Origin: Clostridia bacterium
GTDB taxonomy: Bacteria > Bacillota > Clostridia > UBA1212 > UBA1255
DNA: 64,000 nucleotides
NCBI GenBank assembly: GCA_046952735.1
Contig: JBKUJR010000009.1
Coordinates: forward strand, 4,747 to 68,746
Direction: 5' to 3'
The notes under the pieces are model-generated. The model ran no database searches, was not told where the DNA came from, and was given only the letters and a program-made list of their open reading frames with translations. Made by a program: the position numbers and the translations under genes. Each line of letters starts with the position of its first letter. Position 1 is the stretch's first letter. This document shows, piece after piece, positions 24,512-32,155 of the stretch.

Positions 24512-24948
24512 AAGAAAACAACAAAGAATTCAAGCCTCTGATCGTCGCGTTTTGCTGCAATTGGTGCAGCTATGCAGGCGCCGACCTGGCCGGTTCCAGC
24601 AGGCTTTCTTATCCTGCGAATGTGAAAGTCATCCGGGTGCCGTGCTCCTGCCGCGTCAATCCTCTATTCATTTTACGCGCGTTCCAAAGAGGCGCGGACG
24701 GCGTGATTATTGCGGGCTGCCACCCCGGAGACTGCCATTATACCTCCGGAAATTATTTTGCACGAAGAAGAATGGCGCTTTTATTCAGTATGCTGGACTA
24801 TCTGGGAATCGAAAAAGAGCGTACGAGGGTGGAATGGATTTCTGCGGCGGAGGGCGCGAAATTCTCTGCAACGATGAATGAATTTGTAGCGACTATCCAC
24901 AATTTGGGCGAAAATAAGAAATTGGAGGATCTGAGATGCAAAGAATAA
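24502..24948 (+). CDS. mvhD: MvhD-like (methyl-viologen-reducing hydrogenase delta subunit family) protein = FlxD
   Basis: IVAFCCNWCSYAGADLAG...IRVPCSCRVNP...GADGVIIAGCHPGDCHY is typical of MvhD. It overlaps the hdrA end by 10 nt. Confidence 0.85.
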   Translation: MQIEENNKEFKPLIVAFCCNWCSYAGADLAGSSRLSYPANVKVIRVPCSCRVNPLFILRAFQRGADGVIIAGCHPGDCHYTSGNYFARRRMALLFSMLDYLGIEKERTRVEWISAAEGAKFSATMNEFVATIHNLGENKKLEDLRCKE

Positions 24949-25934
24949 GCAACGAAATTTTATCGAAGTGCCGTTCCTTACTGGAGGACGGTACGGCGGA
25001 TAGAGTAATGGCGTGGGAAAACGGCGAGTTTTGTTACGACGTCACGCCGGCTGTTTTTACGAAGGATACTCTGGATCAAATGATCTACGATGATTTCTGC
25101 GCTGCAAACCAGAGTAAATATTGCATCGCGGAATCGAAAAAAGATGGAAAACTCATAGCGCTGCTCAAACCGTGCGATACGTACAGCTTTAACCAGCTTT
25201 TGAAAGAAAATCGGATTAAACGGGAAAACGTTTACGTATTGGGCGTTCCGTGCAGCGGAAAAGTGGATCCGCAGGCAGCGCGCGAGCTTGGGATCAAAGG
25301 GATTACGGGAGTAAAATCCCAGGGGGATCAAGTTGTTTTCGAGACGCTTTACGGAGAAAAGACGTGTGCCAAAAAGGATGTGCTTTTCGAAAAATGCAAA
25401 GCCTGCAAAGGCAAAAAGCATATGGTATACGACGCTCTGTCGGATGAGGCGGAAGAGCCTGCGGAGGCGGTTCCAAACCAGGATTTTGAAAACCGGTTCG
25501 CATATATCGAAAATATCGAACATATGCCGGCGGAAGATCGCTTTGCATTCTGGAGAAATGAGCTTTCGCGCTGTATCCGCTGCAATGCGTGCAGAAATGT
25601 CTGTCCTGCTTGTTCCTGTATGCAGTGCGTCTTCGACAATCCCAAATCCGGCGTTGCCAGCAAAGCGAACACGGATGATTTTGAAGAGAACCTGTTTCAT
25701 ATTATCCGGGCGTTCCATGTAGCGGGAAGATGTACGGATTGCGGCGAATGTACGCGTGTGTGCCCGCAGAATATCCCGCTTCATCTGCTCAACCGGAAAT
25801 TCATCAAGGATATCAATGAATTTTACGGAGACTATCAGGCGGGCGCGGACATCTCGATCGGCGGGCCGCTGACTTCCTACACAAAACAGGACGTCGAGCC
25901 GAGTATTGTATATGAGAAAGGCGGGAAGAAATGA
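24936..25934 (+). CDS. flxC: 2x[4Fe-4S] iron-sulfur protein, FlxC-like (sulfhydrogenase beta / AsrA-related)
   Basis: CIRCNACRNVCPACSC and CTDCGECTRVCPQ motifs. Its position between mvhD and flxB matches the Flx module. Confidence 0.65.
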   Translation: MQRISNEILSKCRSLLEDGTADRVMAWENGEFCYDVTPAVFTKDTLDQMIYDDFCAANQSKYCIAESKKDGKLIALLKPCDTYSFNQLLKENRIKRENVYVLGVPCSGKVDPQAARELGIKGITGVKSQGDQVVFETLYGEKTCAKKDVLFEKCKACKGKKHMVYDALSDEAEEPAEAVPNQDFENRFAYIENIEHMPAEDRFAFWRNELSRCIRCNACRNVCPACSCMQCVFDNPKSGVASKANTDDFEENLFHIIRAFHVAGRCTDCGECTRVCPQNIPLHLLNRKFIKDINEFYGDYQAGADISIGGPLTSYTKQDVEPSIVYEKGGKK

Positions 25935-26983
25935 TGTATAAAATAGCAAAAGAACGCCTGCCCGAATTGTACGCGGCGATTGCGGCGGTAAAGAGCCTGT
26001 ATCTGCCGGTCGAAGATGCGAAGCAGTGTCTGTTCGAAAAATGGGCGCCCGAAAGCAAGGTGCGCCTTGACTGTCTCAATACTGCGAAATCGGCAAAAGA
26101 GTTATTTTTCCCGCAGAGTGAAAATCTGATTTCATTCAAAGTAAGCGGGAAGCAGATCGATCTGGTGGAAGACCGTGATCCGGCGGAGCCTTTCGTTGTA
26201 TTCGGTGTGCGCGCCTGCGACGCGAAAAGCTTTGAGATTCTCGATTCCGTTTTCCTGAGCGATCCGGCGGATACTTTTTATAAAAGCCGCCGGGAGACGG
26301 GCGTGATCGTAACTACCGCCTGTAATGAACCGGAGGAAACGTGTTTCTGCGGTGCTTTTGGAATCGATGCCGCCAGCCCTGCGGGCGGAGACGTAACTAC
26401 CTGGATTGCAGGCGATCTGTTATACTGGCTGCCTGAGACGGAGAAAGGGGAAGCGCTTACAAAGCTGCTCGGAACCCTTCTAGAGGAAACATCTGCAAAA
26501 GATGAGGAGGCGCTGGAATCGGAGAAAGAAGAAATCCGCACGGTTCTCGGCAAACTTCCGCTCGCGGATCTGAGCCTGGAGTATTTCAGCGGCGAGCGCC
26601 TTACGGAAGCGCTGAACGACGTATTTTACGCGCCGCAGTGGCAGGAGCTTTATAAAGCCTGTATTGGCTGCGGAACGTGTACGTTCCTCTGCCCGACGTG
26701 CCAGTGCTACGACATCCGCGACTTCGATACGGGACACGGAATCAAGCGCTTCCGCTGCTGGGATTCGTGTATGTATTCCGATTTTACAAAAATGGCGCAC
26801 GGAAACCCGCGCACGAGCCAGCTGGAACGCTTTCGGCAGCGTTTTATGCATAAACTCGTCTACTATCCGGCCAATAACGGCGGCACGTATTCCTGCGTAG
26901 GGTGCGGGAGATGCCTCTCGAAATGTCCGGTATCCATGAATATTGTAAAAGTAATAAAATCCTTCGGAGGTGAATCGAAATGA
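25931..26983 (+). CDS. flxB: 2x[4Fe-4S] iron-sulfur protein, FlxB-like (sulfhydrogenase beta / AsrA-related)
   Basis: CIGCGTCTFLCPTCQCYD and CVGCGRCLSKCP motifs. ATGA overlaps on both sides. Confidence 0.65.
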   Translation: MMYKIAKERLPELYAAIAAVKSLYLPVEDAKQCLFEKWAPESKVRLDCLNTAKSAKELFFPQSENLISFKVSGKQIDLVEDRDPAEPFVVFGVRACDAKSFEILDSVFLSDPADTFYKSRRETGVIVTTACNEPEETCFCGAFGIDAASPAGGDVTTWIAGDLLYWLPETEKGEALTKLLGTLLEETSAKDEEALESEKEEIRTVLGKLPLADLSLEYFSGERLTEALNDVFYAPQWQELYKACIGCGTCTFLCPTCQCYDIRDFDTGHGIKRFRCWDSCMYSDFTKMAHGNPRTSQLERFRQRFMHKLVYYPANNGGTYSCVGCGRCLSKCPVSMNIVKVIKSFGGESK

Positions 26984-27807
26984 ATCCCGATGTATTGATT
27001 CCGCAGATCGGAATCGTGACCGATATCCGGACGGATACTCCCGATGTAAAAACATTTCGGGTCAATGCTCCGGAAGGCGGAAAGTGTTTTGAACATATGC
27101 CGGGCCAGTGCGCGATGCTTTCGATGCCCGGCGTGGGAGAGGCGATGTTTTCCATCACATCTTCCCCGACGAATAAAGAATTTATGGAATTCAGCATCAA
27201 ACGGTGCGGCGGCCTGACGGAATGGCTCCATCAGATGGAAGTCGGCCAGGCGGTCACGATCCGGGGACCATACGGACGCGCATTCCCCGTGGATACGGCG
27301 CTCAAAGGCAAAGACTTGCTGTTCATCGCCGGAGGAATCGGCCTTGCGCCGCTTCGCTCCGTGATCGATTACTGCCTGGCAAAACGCGAAGATTACGGTA
27401 AAATCGACATCGTCTACGGATCGCGTTCCGCCGACGATCTGGTGGATATCGACCAGATCCGGAATGAATGGGCGCATGCCAAGAACGTGGATGTCCATCT
27501 TACGATCGACAGACCGCAGGAAGGCTGGGAAGGCCATGTGGGATTCGTTCCCGCCTACGTGAAGGAGCTGGATTTTGATACGCATAAAACGGCGCTGCTC
27601 TGCGGTCCGCCGATCATGATCAAATTCACGCTGGCTTCGCTGCAGGAGATGGGCTATGACAAGACGCAGGTTTACACGACCATGGAGCTTCGCATGAAAT
27701 GCGGCGTCGGAAAATGCGGCCGGTGCAATATCGGTTCCAAATACGTCTGCAAAGACGGACCGGTGTTCCGCTGCGACCAGCTCGATGAGCTCCCGAATGA
27801 ATATTAA
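26980..27807 (+). CDS. flxA: FNR-like FAD/NAD(P)H oxidoreductase with C-terminal [2Fe-2S] motif, FlxA-like (HydG/AsrB/PyrK family)
   Basis: FSITSSP, LLFIAGGIGLAPLRS and CGPPIM nucleotide-binding motifs. C-terminal CGVGKCGRCNIG...C. Confidence 0.75.
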   Translation: MNPDVLIPQIGIVTDIRTDTPDVKTFRVNAPEGGKCFEHMPGQCAMLSMPGVGEAMFSITSSPTNKEFMEFSIKRCGGLTEWLHQMEVGQAVTIRGPYGRAFPVDTALKGKDLLFIAGGIGLAPLRSVIDYCLAKREDYGKIDIVYGSRSADDLVDIDQIRNEWAHAKNVDVHLTIDRPQEGWEGHVGFVPAYVKELDFDTHKTALLCGPPIMIKFTLASLQEMGYDKTQVYTTMELRMKCGVGKCGRCNIGSKYVCKDGPVFRCDQLDELPNEY

Positions 27808-27839
27808 TGGATTTTTACAGAAAGTGAAGGCAAAAAGAC

Positions 27840-28514
27840 ATGGAAAAAATGGTTAATGTATTTATAATGGGTAAAAAGTATTCCGTTCCGTCAGAGCTCA
27901 CCATCATGGATGCTATGGAATATGCCGGCTACCAGCTGGTACGCGGCTGCGGCTGCAGAAACGGGTTCTGCGGCGCCTGCGCTTCCGTCTACAGAATCAA
28001 AGGCGATCCGGAACTCAAGGTCTGCCTCGCCTGTCAGACAAAAGTGGAAGAGAACATGTATGTCGCACAGATTCCGTTCTTCCCGGTCGTAAAACAAACG
28101 TACGATATCGAGGAGATCCGTCCTACGGAACAGATTATGATGCAGCTTTATCCGGAAATTTACAGCTGCATCGGCTGCAATGCCTGTACGAAGAGCTGTA
28201 CGCAGGGGCTCAATGTCATGCAATATATCGCGTACGCGCAGAGAGGCGAATACGCGAAATGCGCGGAGGAATCTTTCGACTGCGTAATGTGCGGTATTTG
28301 TTCTTCCCGTTGTCCGGCACAGATTTCTCATCCGCAGGTTGCGCTGCTGGCAAGAAGGCTGACCGGAAAATATATCGCGCCGAAATCCGCTCACCTCGAA
28401 AAACGTGTTGCGGAGATCAACCAGGGCGATTACATACAGCCGATGAAAGATCTGATGGCAAAACCGCTCGACGAGCTGAAAAATATGTACAATAACAGAG
28501 AAATAGAAAAATAA
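27840..28514 (+). CDS. frdB: Succinate dehydrogenase/fumarate reductase iron-sulfur subunit-like protein
   Basis: N-terminal [2Fe-2S] motif CRNGFCGACASVYRIKGDPELKVC, then CIGCNACTKSC and CVMCGICSSRCP. Confidence 0.75.
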   Translation: MEKMVNVFIMGKKYSVPSELTIMDAMEYAGYQLVRGCGCRNGFCGACASVYRIKGDPELKVCLACQTKVEENMYVAQIPFFPVVKQTYDIEEIRPTEQIMMQLYPEIYSCIGCNACTKSCTQGLNVMQYIAYAQRGEYAKCAEESFDCVMCGICSSRCPAQISHPQVALLARRLTGKYIAPKSAHLEKRVAEINQGDYIQPMKDLMAKPLDELKNMYNNREIEK

Positions 28515-28527
28515 GGAGGGCGGTATC

Positions 28528-30156
28528 ATGAGCGATTCATTATATACACAGGAGATGCTGGATTCAATCAAAAAGGTGGAAGCGAGCCGTCCGTCGCGGA
28601 TCGGGTTCGAGCCGAGACGCATGACGGCGGACGAGAAAGAAACGCTGTTAGCGAAATTCCATCCTGATTACAAGAAAGAAAACTTCGATACGCTTGCTAT
28701 GGGTCCGAACAAAGGAGAACGCGTTCCGAAGGAGCTGGCGGCTCTGTTGCAGGCGCACAGCCGCGTCAATCCGAAAGACGTCGATTTAAAGCATGCCGAC
28801 TACGATGTAGACGTGCTCGTAATCGGCGGCGGCGGGGCAGGGTCTTCCGCTGCGATTATGGCCCATGAGAACGGCGCGAACGTTATGGTCGTCACAAAGC
28901 TCCGCCACGGCGACGCCAATACGATGATGGCGGAAGGCGGGATCCAGGCTGCTGACAAGGAAAACGATTCGCCGATGACGCATTATGTGGATGCGCTTGG
29001 CGGCGGACATTTTAAAAATATACCGGAGCTTCTTTATAAATTGGTTACGGAAGGACCCGGCGCCGTAAAATGGCTCAATGATTTGGGCGTAATGTTCGAT
29101 AAAGAAGCGGATGGCACGATGATTACCACCCATGGCGGCGGAACCTCCAGAAAACGGATGCACGCCGCAAAGGATTATTCCGGAGCGGAAATCATGCGCG
29201 TACTGCGGGATGAAGTAATCAACAGAGGCATCCCGGTGGTAGATTTTACTGCGGCGGTGGAATTGATTCTCGATGAAAATGGGAAAGCCGCCGGCGCTGT
29301 CCTCATGAATATGGAGACAAAAGAAATTCTGATTGCGAAGGCGAAAACGGTAGTCATTGCGACAGGTGGAGCAGGCAGGCTGCATTATCAGGGTTTCCCG
29401 ACGTCCAACCACTACGGCGCTACGGCGGACGGCCTCGTGCTTGCGTATCGCGTAGGCGCTCCGCTGCTGTATGCTTATACGCTGCAATACCATCCTACCG
29501 GCGCCGCTTTCCCGGCACAGATTTTCGGCGCGCTCGTCACGGAAAAGGTCCGCTCCCTGGGCGCGATGCTGATCAACGTGGATGGCGAAGCGTTCATGCA
29601 TCCGCTGGAGACGCGGGACGTGTCGGCCGCCTCCATTATTCGGGAATGCCAGGAAAGAGGGAAGGGGATTCCGACGCCTGAAGGTTTTGGAATCTGGCTC
29701 GATACGCCGATGATCGAAGCGATCCACGGACAGGGAGCGATCGAAAAAAGAATTCCTGCGATGCTTCGGATGTTTATGAAATATGGTTACGATATGCGGG
29801 AAAAACCGATCCTCATTTACCCGACGCTCCACTATCAGAACGGGGGAATCAAGATCGGCGCAGACGGCATGTCCGAAGTGGAGAATCTCTTTGTGGCAGG
29901 GGAAGCTGTCGGCGGGATCCACGGGGAAAACAGGCTGATGGGCAATTCGCTTCTCGACATTATCGTGTTTGGCAGAAATGCAGGCATCAATGCGGCGGCG
30001 AAAGCAAAAACGGTTCAGAAGCCCGGAAAGCTTACGCTGGAACATGTGGAACGTTTCGATAAAGAACTTGCGGCAGCCGGCATCGTGACTGATAAAGTCT
30101 CTCCGCAGCTCCTTCCGCGGTATACGCACGGGAATCCGAAATACGAAGCGAAATAA
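28528..30156 (+). CDS. frdA: Fumarate reductase/succinate dehydrogenase flavoprotein-like subunit (soluble type, about 95-aa N-terminal extension)
   Basis: DVLVIGGGGAGSSAA FAD fold, ANTMMAEGGIQAA, LQYHPTG and GENRLMGNSLLDIIVFGR match SdhA/FrdA family motifs. Confidence 0.75.
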   Translation: MSDSLYTQEMLDSIKKVEASRPSRIGFEPRRMTADEKETLLAKFHPDYKKENFDTLAMGPNKGERVPKELAALLQAHSRVNPKDVDLKHADYDVDVLVIGGGGAGSSAAIMAHENGANVMVVTKLRHGDANTMMAEGGIQAADKENDSPMTHYVDALGGGHFKNIPELLYKLVTEGPGAVKWLNDLGVMFDKEADGTMITTHGGGTSRKRMHAAKDYSGAEIMRVLRDEVINRGIPVVDFTAAVELILDENGKAAGAVLMNMETKEILIAKAKTVVIATGGAGRLHYQGFPTSNHYGATADGLVLAYRVGAPLLYAYTLQYHPTGAAFPAQIFGALVTEKVRSLGAMLINVDGEAFMHPLETRDVSAASIIRECQERGKGIPTPEGFGIWLDTPMIEAIHGQGAIEKRIPAMLRMFMKYGYDMREKPILIYPTLHYQNGGIKIGADGMSEVENLFVAGEAVGGIHGENRLMGNSLLDIIVFGRNAGINAAAKAKTVQKPGKLTLEHVERFDKELAAAGIVTDKVSPQLLPRYTHGNPKYEAK

Positions 30157-30176
30157 AACGGAGGAAAACGGAGAAG

Positions 30177-31445
30177 ATGGATATATTAAACAAAATTTTT
30201 TCCTTGAGCGGCATGACGGTGGTGATATTCGGCGCGTTCCTGATCGCCGTTGTAGGGTATGCTTTGGGAAGAATCACAATCAAGGGCGTCTCGCTGGGCG
30301 CCGCCGGCGTTTTTCTGATGGCGCTGCTGTTCGGGTATCTTTTTACGCTATCGGGTCTCGTCGATATTCCGGTGCTGAAGAATTTCTTTATTGAAGATTC
30401 CGCGGCAATGAATGTAAAATATTATAAAATGATCGAGTCTGTCGGGCTCGTTCTCTTCGTCACCTCGGTCGGCTTTATCGCCGGACCGAGTTTCTTCCGA
30501 AATCTGAAAAAAAATGCGAAGTCATATGTGCTCCTGGGCGTACTAATCGTAGGCGCAGGCGCTTTGCTGTGCGCGTTGTTTTCCATGATTCCGGGAATCG
30601 GTTCGCCGTTTGGAACAGGAATCTTGTCCGGCGCGCTGACGAGTACCCCCGGTTTTTCCGCCGCAAAATCTGCGGTTGCGGAAAACGCGCAGGGCCTTGT
30701 TTCCCTTGGCCATGCGGTCGCCTATCCTTTCGGCGTGGTAGGCGTGGTTTTATTCGTTCAGTTGATTCCGAAATTCCTGAAAGCAAATATGGAAGAGGAA
30801 CGCAAAATCATGAAGAAGGGGATCGAAGCGCCTGTCGTGAAAGAAGAAACCGGCAAGAAACTTCTCTCCCTCGATGAATATGGATTGGGAACATTCGGAA
30901 TTGCCATGGTACTCGGGATCATTTTGGGTTCCATTACGATTCCGCTGTCTTCCGCCGGATTCGACGGCGCGAAATTTTCTTTGGGAAATACGGGCGGGCC
31001 TCTGATTATCGCTTTGATTCTCGGTCACTTCGGAAAAATCGGCAGACTGAGTCTGAAAGTTTCCGATAAAACTTTGAAAGTATTCCGCGAATTCGGGCTG
31101 ATGCTGTTCCTGATCGGCGCCGGCGTCGAAGGCGGCGTGGAGCTTGTTTCCCAGGTGCAGGCTTCGGAATACGGCGCTATGCTTTTGCTGTACGGATTCC
31201 TTGGCGGCGTCGCCATGACGATCGTTCCGATGTTCATCGGGTTCCTGTTTGCGAAGAAAGTATTGAAGATTAGCCTTCTCAACAATCTTGGATCTATCAC
31301 AGGCGGTATGACGAGCACGCCGGCTCTCGGCACGCTGATCGGCGTTTCCGGTACGGATGATGTGGCATCTGCGTATGCCGCTACGTATCCCGTAGCGCTC
31401 GTTTTAGTGGTACTTGCATCGCAATTGATTGCGGTATTGATTTAA
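30177..31445 (+). CDS. AAE-family (aspartate:alanine exchanger / YidE-YbjL / SucE-like) transporter without central RCK-C domains
   Basis: 422 aa and polytopic. Two homologous halves (VGFIAGPSFF... and FLIGAGVEGG...) are joined by a short hydrophilic loop, KANMEEERKIMKKGIEAPVVKEE. Confidence 0.65.
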   Translation: MDILNKIFSLSGMTVVIFGAFLIAVVGYALGRITIKGVSLGAAGVFLMALLFGYLFTLSGLVDIPVLKNFFIEDSAAMNVKYYKMIESVGLVLFVTSVGFIAGPSFFRNLKKNAKSYVLLGVLIVGAGALLCALFSMIPGIGSPFGTGILSGALTSTPGFSAAKSAVAENAQGLVSLGHAVAYPFGVVGVVLFVQLIPKFLKANMEEERKIMKKGIEAPVVKEETGKKLLSLDEYGLGTFGIAMVLGIILGSITIPLSSAGFDGAKFSLGNTGGPLIIALILGHFGKIGRLSLKVSDKTLKVFREFGLMLFLIGAGVEGGVELVSQVQASEYGAMLLLYGFLGGVAMTIVPMFIGFLFAKKVLKISLLNNLGSITGGMTSTPALGTLIGVSGTDDVASAYAATYPVALVLVVLASQLIAVLI

Positions 31446-31458
31446 AAGGAGGTACGAC

Positions 31459-31779
31459 ATGCGAATCGAGGAAAATTTATGCGGCGGGGAAGGACGCACC
31501 CGGATCAACGATCTGCTGGATGCAAAACAATTGAACGGGAAATGCGGATTATACGCTGAAATCACCGTAGAACCAGGATGCTCCATCGGATATCACGTCC
31601 ACCGGCAGGAAAGCGAAACGTATTATATTCTCGAGGGCGAAGGGGAATACGATGATAACGGAACGTGCCGGACGGTGAAAAAAGGCGACGTTACGTATAC
31701 GCCCGACGGCTGCGGCCATGCTTTGAAAAATACGGGAGCGCAGGATCTGCGGTTCATGGCATTGATTATTAAAGACTGA
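31459..31779 (+). CDS. Small cupin-domain protein
   Basis: 106 aa. GYHVHRQESETYYILEGEG...GCGHALKNTG fits the two-motif cupin pattern. RBS AAAGGAGG. Confidence 0.7.
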   Translation: MRIEENLCGGEGRTRINDLLDAKQLNGKCGLYAEITVEPGCSIGYHVHRQESETYYILEGEGEYDDNGTCRTVKKGDVTYTPDGCGHALKNTGAQDLRFMALIIKD

Positions 31780-31796
31780 TTTGAACATCCAACATT

Positions 31797-31828
31797 AAAG
31801 CCCGGCAATTTCTGCCGGGCTTTTTTAT
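31797..31828 (+). terminator. Strong intrinsic terminator ending the redox operon
   Basis: GCCCGGCA-atttc-TGCCGGGC followed by TTTTTT. Confidence 0.85.
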
Positions 31829-31899
31829 TCCTGTAATAAAAACATGGCGCCGCTTCATATCATAGGATAATATGGGGAGAAGATTGGAGGCTGTTATTT

Positions 31900-32133
31900 A
31901 TGTACCATGAAAATACAAAAATCCGGGAGATCATGCATCTGCCCGGCATTTTACAGCTCGTTGAAAAATACACGGGCAAAAGAATGAGCATGTCAACGCT
32001 GAAAATGGGCGCAAATCTCACGATCCGAACCGTAGGATCTCATCTTCACTGGACGGCTGCGCAAATGCAGGACGTCCTCGGGGAGCTCAATAAGATAGCG
32101 GAACAGCACCCATCCGCAGGCAGACAGAGATAA
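31900..32133 (+). CDS. Small hypothetical protein (loosely DUF1858-like pattern, no cysteines)
   Basis: 77-aa ORF with RBS GGAGG 7 nt upstream. It has its own position between the operon terminator and the convergent aro operon. Confidence 0.45.
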   Translation: MYHENTKIREIMHLPGILQLVEKYTGKRMSMSTLKMGANLTIRTVGSHLHWTAAQMQDVLGELNKIAEQHPSAGRQR

Positions 32134-32155
32134 TCACGTTTTTGCATGTTACGAT

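Noticed and set aside
22511-24948. Selenocysteine (in-frame TGA) in HdrA or MvhD, as occurs in some organisms
   Set aside because: Both reading frames are uninterrupted, and Cys codons occupy the relevant motifs.
22481-30129. Series of long minus-strand ORFs (22481..23329, 23405..24478, 24978..25949, 26480..27055, 26863..27585, 27891..28622, 28786..30129) opposite the hdr/flx/frd genes
   Set aside because: All are antisense to genes with clear Fe-S or flavin motifs and proper RBSs. High GC inflates the number of open reverse frames.
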